The notes beneath the pieces are model-generated. The model worked only from the letters and a program-made list of their open reading frames with translations, ran no database searches and was not told the DNA's origin. From Lama glama (Eukaryota), in assembly GCA_028534125.1 (NCBI GenBank), contig CM052817.1, positions 45,200,001 through 45,264,000 of the forward strand: a stretch of DNA of 64,000 bases. Direction: 5' to 3'. The translations under genes and the position numbers were made by a program. Shown here in pieces: positions 49,798 to 62,138 of this stretch (the first letter of the stretch is position 1; each line of letters opens with the position of its first letter).

Positions 49798-51963
49798 GAT
49801 ACTGTTTAAGAATGGTATTTAAACGATGCCACTCTAGAGTCAATAACTAAAGGATGAGTAGTTCCTCAGACAATATTGGGAAGGAATGCCAAGCATAGAA
49901 AATAGTGTTTCAGAACAGAATTTATTTAGAATAAGAAAACTGGCCTAATTTGAGTTTTTTAATTTTACACAGCTATGAATTAAAACAGCAATTTTCCACT
50001 GTACGCATACATATATATTTCTTCTATTAAAATAAGGGAGATTCTAAAATGTGAAAACTTTCCTTTTACAATAATCCTAAATGCTTGTTATTTCTGGAAA
50101 TGATAAGATCTAAAATAATGTGGAGAAAAACAGCAATATGTAAGATTAAACTGTTAGCTAGAACTAGATTATTTTCTAATGAGTTCAAATTATATACCTG
50201 CTTCAATAGGCTCTGATTAATAAGGAAGTCAGTTTTTTTTAAGAAGGCTGTAAAATGTAACTTAAAAATTAGTCATTACTTTAAAGTGTACTATTTATAC
50301 ATAGAGAAATAAAATCCATTCATCCCTGAGTTTGGATAAATATTATCTACTATTTTTAAGACTATAAACATGCTTTTTATCTATTAAACTTGGGTTACAG
50401 CAGCAAGTACATATTATTCTCAATTGGGGATTTTAATCAGAACTTTCTCTGTGACTTAAGACAATTAAACTCAGATCAGTCAATCATACTGCAACCAGTA
50501 AGAGTCAAAAATGAATATAAGAACAACTTACTTATCTCAAACCATAATGAAGCTATTTCAGATACTTTCTGTCAAGCACCAAGATGGTCTTTTTCATTTT
50601 AGTGATTTCTGATGGCAATCTAAGACTAACTACAAGCTTCTCTGTCTTTTTAAACAAAGAACATAATTATACGCTTTTGTAGCATTTAAACCTAAGTCCT
50701 CTCCAGTATCAGATATAGGGATGCTTTAGATGTTTAACTAAAATAACATAAAAGTCTTTGCATAGTACCTGGCACCTATAAATGTTCAATAAATGTTAAC
50801 AAATTTTACTATTACCAAACTTCTTATGACTACTTTGTATTAGCCTATCAGGATTTTGGCTGTCATTTCCATCATATATGTTTCTAATAGACCATTCAAA
50901 TTTTGCAGATTTTAATTTGCTATGAGTGAAAAATCTGACAAGTAAGCTAGATAGTAATATCCCTACAACCCCAAATAATTCAGGCTTGAAATCAAGATTG
51001 AGTACATTTGCAACTTCTACTTTTGGTACGTGAAGGTCAAAAATTAAGCACTCACTGGAAACAGACTGAAGTGCAGGTAATGAGTAGTAAGAATGAAGCA
51101 AGCAGAAAAGTAGAGAAGCAGAATGAATGAGGATGTTATTATCAGAAGGAAAAAGGACAGTATTTCAGAGTTGAAAGATGTTTATTCAGACTCTGTTATC
51201 AATATGCTTTTATAGTCTATTAGAAGAGAGCACAATTAAGAAAAGCAAATAAAAATGTGGTTTTTAAAATAATTTCTAATAAAGTAGCTCTATGTTTTAA
51301 CATGCAAAGCTCTCCAAGACTATCAATCAATGAAAAAGGTAGGCTGTAGAACACTATAAACATTGCATCATTTATTTAAAAAAGATATAAATATGTTTAT
51401 ACAAATAATTCTACATTGCGTGATTATTCATAAAGGTCTGGAAGGAATTATACCAAACTAAGAACAGTGGTTATTTCCAGAAAGAGAACTGAAATTGGAG
51501 ACTATAGTCAAAGAAAACTTAAACTTTACTAGTATTATTAAAAAAAAAAAACCCAAAACAAGACACAAAAACAAAAAAAACTTTACTAGTATTATTTGCC
51601 ATTTTGTAATAAAGAAAATAAAAAGGCTAATTAAGTAAAATAATATGTATAACATCTTGTAGCTCATGCAGGTGATTACATATCAGGACTCTTCTCTTCA
51701 ATAATTGCCATGTGAGATTAATAATTCTACTTATTCAGAAAAACATGAAAAGGACAAAAAAAACCCCACTAATAACCTGTAAATTGCACATAATCAGAAA
51801 TACAACCTAATAACCTGAATTTAATGTTTATCTTGCTTACCAATGGTGCCATTTATTTTCATTCAATGATACACAAAGGAGACCAAAAAAGAAGCAAAGG
51901 AAACAGGAGTGACTAGGAAAGAAAAAAGTGAGATGAGGAATGTGAAAATAAAAAACCACGAAG

Positions 51964-52174
51964 TAAGGGACTGGGATTTCAAAATGCAGAATAGATAAAC
52001 AAGATTGTGCTTTGTAGCACAGGGAAATATGTATAGGGTCTTGTGGTGGCTCAAAGCAAAAGAGAATGTGATAATGAATGTATGTATGTTCACGTATAAA
52101 TGAAAAATTGTGCTCTACACTGGAATTTGACACAACATTGTAAAATGACTATAACTCAATAAAAAAAAGTTAAA
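51964..52174 (+). mobile_element. Young 5'-truncated L1 3' end (camelid-type)
   Basis: tgctctacactggaatttgacacaacattgtaaaatgactataactcaataaaaaa; TSD aaaaaaccaYgaag (51950-63 and 52175-88). Confidence 0.8.
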
Positions 52175-52290
52175 AAAAAACCATGAAGGGGAAAAAAAGG
52201 TGGCATAAAACTAGGATGCTGAACGTACATTTAAAGCACACAGACATAATGTAGTTTGCAGTATTTTCTCACAATTCCTAATAGAAATCC

Positions 52291-52328
52291 ATATATATAT
52301 ATATATATATACATATGCACATATATAT
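52291..52328. repeat. (TA)n microsatellite
   Basis: About ten perfect AT units plus a degenerate extension. Confidence 0.9.
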
Positions 52329-53160
52329 TTTTTAGTTTTTCACTATTTAACTGAGATGCAAAAATGAGTCAGTAATGCCAATTTTAAAAAACTGAATTCA
52401 ACCATTCAATCCTTTATTCAACAAATATTTATCAACCACCCAATGCCAACTTACTTGATGATGTAACTTTGCCTTCTTGAGGCTTAAAACATAGTTATAC
52501 CTTCTTTGGAGAAAACTTCAACCATGACTATAGGACTAAAATAATTCATGTTAACTAACAGTCAATTCATTTATACTGATTTAATGGAATAAAAAAATGA
52601 CTGTTTTAGAATTCAAGAAAGAGCCACAAATTTGTTTTAAATTGAAATCTATAACTGAGAAGATTTTACCAAACAAAGCAAAAGCCAGTCTTATCTTCAG
52701 ATGATCTAAATTATTATAATCTAGAAAAGAAAAAAAAAAGTAGGACCATTACAAAGTCAAATACTAGTCTCTTTGCAGATAAATTCATAAAACTGACACA
52801 ATTTATTTCCGTTACAATTACCAATAAGTCAGCCAAGGTAATAACATACTGCTTCATTTATTCTCCATGCTTTCTTTAAGTAAAGAAAAATGCTTTCCAA
52901 AAGCACACCCATTTAAGCAAGGCATCATAAGGAAACTTGTCTGCCAAATAACCTATCACAAATGCTGGCATCTCAAGGTCTAACACTACAAAAGTTTTCA
53001 AAATAAAGGTGACTAACTTTTTATACAAAGAATGCTTATGGCATTTCTGCCTGAGGTATAAAAATATAAGCATGCCTTTTCTATGGTATCTGCAACAGAC
53101 AAAAACAGATAGAGCAGAATAAATAATAAGAGAGAAATGTGTAAAAAGAAGAGGAATGGA

Positions 53161-53310
53161 GGGGAGGGTATAGCTCAGAGGTGGAGTGCAAGCTTAGCAT
53201 GTACAAGGTCCTGGATTCAAACTCCAGTACCTCCACTAAGTAAACAAACCTAATTATTTCCTCCCCTCCAAAAAAAAAAAAAAAAAAAAAGGAAAAGAAT
53301 AAAAATTTTA
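53161..53310 (+). mobile_element. tRNA-derived SINE (vic-1-like)
   Basis: ggggagggtatagctcag...ggtcctggattcaa...long A tail; TSD aagaggaRtgg. Confidence 0.88.
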
Positions 53311-56300
53311 AAAAGAGGAGTGGTATTTGCTATCAAAAAACTTATATAGGAAATTCTTATATTCTCTCCTAAAAGATAATTCAACAGTGATTACAATTAC
53401 TTCTCAAGCCATAAAGCATCAGGAATTATTTCTTAGGTATTCCAATGGGCAAGACATCATGAACTCCATAAAGCTGATGATAATGAAGGACTCCTAAAAT
53501 GTAGCATTCCTTTAAAAATATATCCTCTAGGACAATTTTACCCAAATATGTTCCTCAGAACACTAGACCTACATGGTTTCCTGGAGGAAAAAAAAGGATA
53601 TGATCCATTAGATCTGGCAAACACAATTTACTTTATATCTCCACCTTGAAAATATCTGAAAACAACACAGCACCTGTTTAATAAATCTTGTATAAATTTT
53701 AGGTTTTTTGTTTTGTTTTTGACCATAACACAGTACACTTCTTTAGTAACAAAATCCTTTTGAGTATACTTACATTCTTTGGAATACACTTTGGTATGTA
53801 AATTTTAAATAATCTCCATAAATAACCTTCAAAAAAGTAGTTTTCAATAGACACTACTTAAATATAATAGACGTCTTTGGTTACCAAAACGTAAATCATT
53901 ACTATGATTTTCTCTGACCTTGTTATTGTAAAAGAGCTAAGAGAGAAAACATACCAGTTATGACACTGACCTGGTTATTAATGTAGAATATGAAACATGC
54001 ATCCAAATATAGGAGCTTCAGGTTACTCATTTATAGTAACATGGTATATAATGTGCTTGACTAAACCAAAACTATGTCTAAATTTAAGTGCACATTCCTT
54101 AATAACAATTTTTATTAAAAGAAACTACAGCTGTGCCTAAATCGTTAGCCCTCGTGCTTTTTAAGCCAGCTGACCAAAGTCTGATCTAAAAAGACATGCC
54201 TTAACAGTATAGTAATTCTGCAAACCTTTTCTGGACTTTCACAACTTTCACGCCTGGAGACACAACTTGAGAAGAGAAAACCCTCCCTGTGATTTATCAT
54301 CAAATATAGTTAACACTTCTTTTGGGATTTTCAAGAAACTTGCTTTTTAAAAAAGGTATCAGTTGGAAGGTAGATGCAAAATTAAGCATGACTGAGCCCT
54401 CAGAAGAATGAGTAGGATTTTTAATAAAAGTTAGTGTTTATTTGGACCTAGGAAAGTATGTCAAGGCTAAAGAAGCCTCAGTCATCAGCAATCAGTGCCT
54501 TTCTCTACTGAAGTAAAAAAGAGAAATCAAATTTAAAAGTATTTGACTCTAAAATATGAAAAATTTAACGTGAATGAAATTCTAGACTTAAAATATTCTG
54601 AACTTTATAGAATTACTGATACAAACAGAAATATCTACTACTTTGTTTCTGAAGAACATCTTAATAACAGTTCAGAGTTAGTCTTAACTGAGAGTATGAA
54701 AGCTAGGTACTATATAATCAATAATATAACTCTCACCCATATTTAGATGACACTTTAGTTAAAAGAAAGGAGGAAAGCAGTTAGAGCAGAGCAAATCTGA
54801 AAAATCCCTTAAGTTAAAGGTTTAAAATAATGAATTTCAATCAATCCAGAACTTTGATTCCTACAGTCTTTGAAGAGTATTGTTTTAGCACCTAGTAATT
54901 TGTAAACTGCCATGATTACAGATCTGTGATTTCTTCTGTAACACTACAATTAATTCATAACAAACATTTATTGATCTGGAAAAACAAAGATTAAAATACA
55001 TATGAACACTCCCCTTAAGATACTTAAGAGCCTAGAAGAGATGGGACATATTTAAAGGGTAGAAAATGACAGAAAGCTTAAGAAATGAACAATCTAGTTA
55101 AAATGTAAAGATTTTCAGAAGGGGAAGAGACCACTGCAGTTTGGTGGCGGAAAGAGGTTAGGGGTGCAAATTAGGGAAGGCACTGATGATGGTCTTAAAG
55201 GAGAGGTAGACTTTGGACAATGAAAAGAGGCTTTCCACCAGAAAAAGATGAGAAAAGCACAAAAGGCAGAAAACCACAATGAAAATAATTTAATTTTGCA
55301 GAAATGGACAAAACTTACAAAATACTAACTGATAATGCAGAATTTAGATGTCCCAAGCTCTGGCAACTGGAATATCTAGGTCACATCAAGTCACCAATTA
55401 AAAGAGCTAATATTGTACCAACACATTTTACTGATGCTCTATAAATACTTCTGAATTAGTGATCCATTATCCCTTATACCTATTATTCTTCCTGATGGAA
55501 TGAGATAATGAAACAAATTTTATTCATACTGTACCTCAAAGTAAACTATTAATTCTCTTCAGAAGACCAATTAGTTTTCCAATTTTGAGTATACATGTTC
55601 AACATTAGGCAAGAACAAAGACTCCGTACTTTACTTTCAGCTTATGTATACAAGATACACAAATAATACTCAAGCTCCATTTTGAAATCATATCAAAGCT
55701 ATGTTGCTCCATTCACCATGGCAAGATCAAAGTTTTCTAGTCTCAACTCAGCAATATTGTGCAAGTTGCTTTAGTGCTCTGTGCCTCCGTTTCCTACCTT
55801 GTAAAATGAGAGGGTTCAACCTGGATGATCTGCAAAGGGCCTTTCAGCTTTAAAATCCTCTATTCAATTAACTGGACATCATCTTTTCTACAGAAGTCAC
55901 TGTGACAAGGCTAACTATAACAAAAAAAGAAACACTACTCTTCCCCTAAAAATGTAATAAAAAAAACCCTAGCCTTTATTGACTAAGTGTCAGGATCTTT
56001 ATATTTCTTATTTCATTTAATCTTCATTACACCCATCAGAGTAGGCATTTTCCTTGTTTTACTCATAGGGTGTTAGCCATCTCTTGCCTGTTCAATCCAA
56101 TTAGGGGTGGAAGGCAAGGACTCCAAAGCAAGCTCTAATAAACCACACTCTAAAATTTGGTGCGTCAAACAAAAATATCAGACATAAAATGAATGAACAA
56201 AAGCTGAAGATGGGGGCTGTGACTATGGTAACTTAGAGAGAGCATGGTCTTCTAGTAGGGCAACTCAGTTGCCTCATAGCCACATGGGAATGGACCAGCC

Positions 56301-56429
56301 AGATATGAGGTGTGTGTGTGTGTGAAAACTCCTGATTTTTCAAATGAAGGAATAGCTCTAAATCAGATTTGTGAGGTTAGTTTTATTACATTACATAAAC
56401 TTACAAAATTCCCAGATAAGTATTAAAAT

Positions 56430-56680
56430 ATGGGCATCAGTAGTAAAGCCTAGGCTTTGATGTAAGGTAAACTTTGGTTGAATCCTGGCTCCATTACTAT
56501 CAGTATGACCTAGGTCAAGTTACTTCACCTCTCTAAGCCTCATTTCTTCATTTCTAAAGTGATGATACTACTACCTATCTTGCAGGCTGGTTAGGGATTT
56601 AAGGAGAATGTGGACTATAACGAGTTCAGCACAGTAACCAGCGCAAGGTAAGAGCCTGACAAATGAAAGCTATTATTTAC
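56430..56680 (+). mobile_element. MIR SINE
   Basis: gaatcctggctccattact...tgacctaggtcaagttacttcacctctctaagcctcatttcttcatt. Confidence 0.75.
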
Positions 56681-57648
56681 TCTTTAGGATTCCAGCAACA
56701 CAGAACATAGGATATATGTTCATAGACAACCCAGTTATGTTTACGAATACTATCCAAAGTTTACCTTTAAAATATCATACTTTGTCGCTTTTTTGTAGAT
56801 TCAAAATTACACTGAATTTCAGTTTATGTTTAAAAATGTCACACACTCATTTCTAATCGACACTAAGCAAAATTCGAAGTAAGTTTATCCTAAACCTAAA
56901 ATACAACCAACTTATTAAATACTATTTTCAGTGGCTAACAGTTTTTTAAAGTGATACTGCAAATAGTGTTACCACGAATTCTAAATAGGTTTCATGGAAG
57001 GGAAATGTGTTCCCAAGCCGGTTTGTGCGCAAGAGTCCTACAAAGTCCAAACGAGTATTTCCCAAATATATGGGTGAGCCTGAAAAACTGGGTCCTAACT
57101 AATAACACCTAGCAGAACGACCTTCCTCCAGTTAAAGGGACAGGAGCAGGTGGTTTTGTGCCCCAAACTATCGTATTATTCTTAGTCACTTGCTCTGGTT
57201 CAACATCTGGGTTTTAAACCTTGCAGTCTTTCCCAAAGCCCCATTCCAGACCGCGAGGGAGGGAGCTGGACTTTAGGTTCCTCACCGCCAGTGGAGACAC
57301 AAGCGAAACGGGGAGAGGCCCACTGCCCCGAGGGGAGTGGGAGACAGGTCAGGCCACCTCTGCCCGGGATAGATCGCCCGCTGACCACCACCAAGCGGCC
57401 TGCGGAGCATCGGGGCGCGGCTGCTGTCAGCAGGGCCGAGCCGCTGCGCTGGGGGCTGCCCTGGGGGCGTGAAGGAATACCTCTGGGGTTTCGGGAGACG
57501 TAGGGAGGCAAGAGGGCAAAGGGGGAGGTGGCGTGTGGATCCCTCGGGCCCATGGTGGGGCGAAGGAAGTGACCCCCGGACCCCTGAGTCCTCCGTCCCG
57601 GTTCCTACCCGGACCCTTCCCAAGTCCTGGACCCGCCGTTCCTCTCAC

Positions 57649-57714
57649 CGTCTCGGCTTCTGTGTGCTGTGGTCCGGCACTCTGACCCCCCATAACTCCG
57701 CGGAGGAAATTCAT
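57649..57714 (-). CDS. USO1: USO1/p115 coding exon 1 (MNFLRGVMGGQSAGPQHTEAET)
   Basis: ATG at 57714 in gcaaaATG context; translation matches the p115 N-terminus; donor ACG|GTGAGA at 57648; 66 nt, phase 0. Confidence 0.98.
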
Positions 57715-57898
57715 TTTGCCGCTCAGCCACCGGCTCTACCGGCCCCTTCGAGAAAGAAAAGATAACTCCCCCTGTCCTCCCCAGGGCCTGGCTCCCAAGC
57801 CCGTACTCTGCACCCCTCGGCCGCCGCCACCACCGCCTCCTACTCGGCGGCCGCTCCAGCCGCCTAAGCCCGGAAACAGCCGCCACTGCCGGTCGAGA

Positions 57899-57910
57899 TG
57901 CGCATGCGCG
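57899..57910. promoter_or_regulatory. NRF1 binding motif TGCGCATGCGCG
   Basis: Exact fit to YGCGCAYGCGCR, about 190 nt upstream of the ATG. Confidence 0.75.
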
Positions 57911-57913
57911 GGG

Positions 57914-57930
57914 ACGTGGCATTACGTGGC
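57914..57930 (+). promoter_or_regulatory. Tandem ACGTGGC motifs (GASE / bZIP GCCACGT-like)
   Basis: ACGTGGC at 57914-20 and 57924-30, starts exactly 10 bp apart. Confidence 0.6.
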
Positions 57931-58829
57931 GGCTCGAAGGGCGAAGGCAAAGGGGGAAAGGAGGCGAAAGGAGGCCTATGGCGCGGGTCCGCCCACGCCC
58001 CGCCCACAGTACAGGCCCCGCCTCCCGCCGCAAGGACACGCCTCCTGCTCCCGCCCTTCGCTAGCGGCTCCTGCTGACCCCAACTACCCACGTGGTCGGA
58101 ACCCGGCCCTGCGGGCTGGAGAGGATTTAGACAGTGTAAGCGTTTCGGCTTGCAGGGGTGTTTAGTTGTCGCCGAGCGAGACTTTACTGCAAGCTTTCAA
58201 ATCTGGAGTCGTATTTTGTTGAGTCGAAAGTGAAATTTTCCTTCGGCCGACGTGACAGGTAAGGGGTCCAGGCCCCTGGGAGGTTTCGTTTGGTTTTGCG
58301 GTGTAGCTTTGTGGCCTTCTTATCCCGGTAAATTGCATTTCTTCACAGGGCTTTGTTTGGTGGTAAAAAGGGTGCCAGAGTCCCCTCGTTCCACCGCCAC
58401 CGGAGGGCGCATTTCTCAGCTCTTGCTCTTCAAACCTGCTAAAAGGAATTCCTGGATATAAACACCAGGTACACCGCTAATTTTCAAGTAGTGAGGAGGA
58501 AACCAAGAGAACCCTGCATTTAGCTTACTAGAGAAAACACATTGATCTGCAATGTCAGTTTGGCAGTTAGTAGCATGATGTTCTTAACTCTAAACCCCTA
58601 CATTTTGAGGTTTTTTTTTTTAACATGAAAAATCTCATTTTTCATATCACTATGCCTTGTGTCTTTCGAAATGACAGTGCCAGGTACAAATGCCTATGGC
58701 GTAGTTTGTAAATGTCTTGAACCTAAAAAGCTCAGGATCTCGTTAGCTAACTGATTCATACACCTCTCTACACGGATGTTTCACAGATCTCAGATACCCC
58801 AGCGTCCTTTAAAGAAAAAAAAAAATCAG

Positions 58830-59590
58830 TATGCGTCTTCTCTGTGCCCTGCCCGGCTCATTTGTACCATGAGCTAAATAACTGCCTAAGCTAGAAGGGG
58901 GAAGCTGGAAGAAATCTGAAACTCTGGATTTCACCCCCATATGTCCAGTAGTCAAGCCCTATCATGTCTATTCATAGAATATATCTCAAATAGGTCTCTG
59001 CTCTCCATCCTCTCTGCCTATGACATGGTTTATCTTCTCATCATTTTCCACCGAGATTGCACCAATAGCTTTCTAACTAGTTTGTCTGCATTCAAGCCCT
59101 GGCTTCCTTCCATTTCAGTCTCCAGTCCACCCTTGGGTGAGCCTAACAATGACAAAACATTTGTCCGTGTTGGTCTTCTTAAAAATCCTCCAGTCGTTGC
59201 CCATTCTCTCCGTAATAAAATCCCAACTCCTTAGCTTGGTGTACAAGCCTGTTAATGCTCTGGCTATTTTTTCCTGTCTTTCTTGTTTCTGCCTCCCCCA
59301 CATACTCTGGATGTATGCTTGGATATGCTCTTCCCCTCCCTCCACTTCATCAAGGAAACTCCTGCTAGTTTCTTACGACTTAACTCTGACATCTTCTGAA
59401 AGCTCTCCCTGAAATCCAGATACATGCGTATATGTTAGCACTTTGCAGTTGTTGATATGTAGGAAGCTCTCAGTAAATGCCTGTTGAGCTGGACTGTTAA
59501 GGGCATGACTCTGTTATTCATTTTTATGTCTCTGTGGCTTAGTATTGTCTCCTAAAAGGTGAAATTGATGGATAAATGAAATAAACACTA
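58830..59590 (+). mobile_element. L2 LINE 3' relic
   Basis: ccagtagtcaagccctatcatgtcta...caatagctttctaactagtt...cttaaaaatcctccagtcgttgccc...ctcagtaaatgcctgttga. Confidence 0.6.
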
Positions 59591-60577
59591 CAGGATATAT
59601 GAAATATTATGCTGAGGAAGAAGGTCCTTTTTTCATCTGTAAGGAGGGATTGTAGCTACATATCACAAAGGCTATGGTGCAAGTTCCTTTCCCAGTGCCA
59701 AGGTTTTAAGCCTGAGTGACTTGGAGAATGGTGGGGATCATACTGTCAAAAATACTGTACGCTAAGCATTGTCCTCTACTTTAAAACTAGACACTTGACA
59801 TTTTGCTTCAGACATTTTCCATGGGGGCATTTTGTTGCAGCCTAAAAACAGTAACGAATAAATGCTCAGGATTTTTATTACCAAGTAATGTGTGCAAAGA
59901 ACTTCATCCAGTCCTTAAGCCTCACCTTCTCCCTGTGCCCCGACTCTTTCCCATTATCAGGGATAAAGCTGTGAGATAGAGTGGGGCTCATGGATGTCTA
60001 TTACATGTATTATTTGGTGATAAAAAGTAGTGCCTTGACATTTTAGCAGACTTGTTTTAAGGCACCCGTTTTTTTAACTTGCCCAGCTTTGTTTTAAGTT
60101 TTGTTGAGTGTAGTAAGTCACTAACAGCATACGTACTATGAATTTTCCCTTCATTTGACCTGGTTTCTTCCCTACCAGCATCCACTCATCAGAAAGGACC
60201 GTGGGCAGGAGGGATGGTTGGTGCAGAGGAGATGAGGGTGGAGTCCCCAGACTTCCTCTTGACCTCACAGTCTTACCTCTCTCCTGATGTCTGGGAAGGG
60301 GTGGAGCTGCTCGCCGCTTCCAGGGTCAAGAGGAGGCAGAGAGGGTACAGTGGCTAATTTTTACCCTCAGGTGGGGTCTGAAAGGAGAGCAGAGGCATCA
60401 TCACTCTGGAACAGCCATGAAATTAACTCAAAAGAGAAAGGAGATTACATACAAATCTACTTCCACTGATTTTATAGAGAAAAGTCAAGAGACCGTGTCT
60501 TGTTCCTATTTCTACCCTTTAATCAAATCATCTAGCATAATTCCTTGAACATGGCAGATGCTCAAGAACCATTTCTT

Positions 60578-60809
60578 GTTTTTTTTGGGGGGGTAATATT
60601 TATTTATTTTGTTTATTATCATTATTATTTTTCATTTAATGGAGATATTGGGGATCAAACCCACCACTGAATACTAAGCATGCTCTCTCCCCCATAAGAG
60701 ATGGGTTTTTTTGTTGTTTATTTATTTATTTTGATGGAGGTACTGGGTATTGAACCCAGGCCCTCATGCATGCTAATCATGAATTCTACCACTGAGCTAT
60801 ACCCTCCCT
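60578..60809 (-). mobile_element. Composite (two-unit) tRNA-derived SINE insertion
   Basis: Two SINE heads between one perfect 14-bp TSD aagaaccatttctt (60564-77 and 60810-23). Confidence 0.82.
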
Positions 60810-61386
60810 AAGAACCATTTCTTAAATAAAGGAAAACATGAAAAATTGTGACTGCCTGACTTACGCCATTATACTTTTAATTTTCACAACGCTAAACGTT
60901 TAGTATACGAATGCCATGAACCATTGAAATATATATAATGCAAAATTTTTAAATTTGTGTAAATAAAAACGATTTTTCTGACAACTAACAAAGTTTATTG
61001 GTTTGAAATCCATTTTTAAAATTGCTTCCTTACATGCATTGCTCTTCCTGGAAAAAACTTCGTTTACCCCCTGAAAATAAATAAATAAAAATTAAAATTG
61101 TCTCCATACAATCCCCTATTTCAGTGGCTCTCTTCAGTGGCCCATTTTCCACATCCTTTCTTACTTTCTAGTGGCAAACTCAACAATAACATTGAAATAT
61201 CATTGCACAAGATTGTTTTTTGGATGAGGCGGGGGTAGTGATAGGGTAGAATGTTGTCCATACCTGCTTACAAGGATGAGTAGAAGTGATAATCTATGTT
61301 TGAAATAAATCACATACAGGTTTTTAAAGGCTAGTTACTAGAAAGTCAGGGTTCAAAAATATTGTTGATAAAATTATGCATTACTA

Positions 61387-61515
61387 GGGGGAGGGTATAG
61401 ATCAGTGGTAACATGCATGCCCAGAGTGCATGAGGTCCTGGGTTCAATCCCCAGTGCCTCCATCAAAAAAATAATAAATAAATAAACCTAATTACTAGCC
61501 CCCGCAATTTTTTTT
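61387..61515 (+). mobile_element. tRNA-derived SINE (vic-1-like)
   Basis: gggggagggtatagatcagtgg...gggttcaatcccc; TSD ttatgcattacta (61374-86 and 61520-32). Confidence 0.88.
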
Positions 61516-61599
61516 AAAGTTATGCATTACTATCCATTCCCCAAACAACACACAGCAAAATAAGTTGATAATGATGAAGCAACAATTGAAATTCATAAC

Positions 61600-61850
61600 C
61601 AATCAATAATAACAATATCAAACACATGTGTATTCTTCCTTTGCTAGACTCTGTTCAAGGGGCTTTACATTAAATGTTGAATTAATCCTCACAACAGCCC
61701 TAGGAGGTGGGTAGTGTTAATAGCCCCATTTTTCAGATGGCGAAACAGGCAGAGTAACTTGCCTGATGTACAGCGAGGAAGTGGCAGAGCTGCGACATCA
61801 GTTGGCATTCTGGCTCCAGAGCCTGTGCTCTCATGTACTGTGCTATCTGA
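61600..61850 (-). mobile_element. MIR SINE
   Basis: aatcctcacaacagccctaggaggtgggtag...ccccatttttcagatggcgaaacaggcagag. Confidence 0.75.
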
Positions 61851-62034
61851 TCCCTCTAGACTCAAGGCAGTGATCATGCACTAAGTAGAAAGGTGGTCTA
61901 CAAGCCCCTGTCTGGCCCCTGTCTCCCTCACCTCATCTGCTATTTTCCTTCCACTCCAGCGACACTGGCTTCCCAGTGTTTCTGAAATTTGCTTTTCCTT
62001 CATGGCCTTTGCACTTGTTCTTTCCTGTATTTTG

Positions 62035-62138
62035 TTGTTTGTTGTTGTTGTTAATGGAGGAACTGGGGACTGAACCCAGGACCTTGTGCATGCTGAGCAC
62101 AAACTCTACCACTGAGCTCTACCACCCCTCCCTGCCCC
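62035..62138 (-). mobile_element. tRNA-derived SINE (vic-1-like) inside an L2 relic
   Basis: ggggactgaacccaggacct...ctaccactgagct; TSD ttcctgtattttg (62022-34 and 62139-51). Confidence 0.85.

Larger units (their letters stand above)
57200..58420. promoter_or_regulatory. CpG island containing the USO1 promoter, 5' UTR and exon 1
   Basis: Abrupt GC- and CpG-rich block in an AT-rich window; GC boxes at 57989-94, 57998-58005, 58016-25 and 58050-56; no TATA box seen. Confidence 0.92.

Noticed and set aside
57200..58461. Overlapping 69-149 aa ORFs on both strands (e.g. 57716..58165, 57605..58039)
   Set aside because: Pro/Arg/Gly-rich by-products of the stop-poor CpG island; only the first 22 codons of 57427..57714 are real USO1 coding sequence
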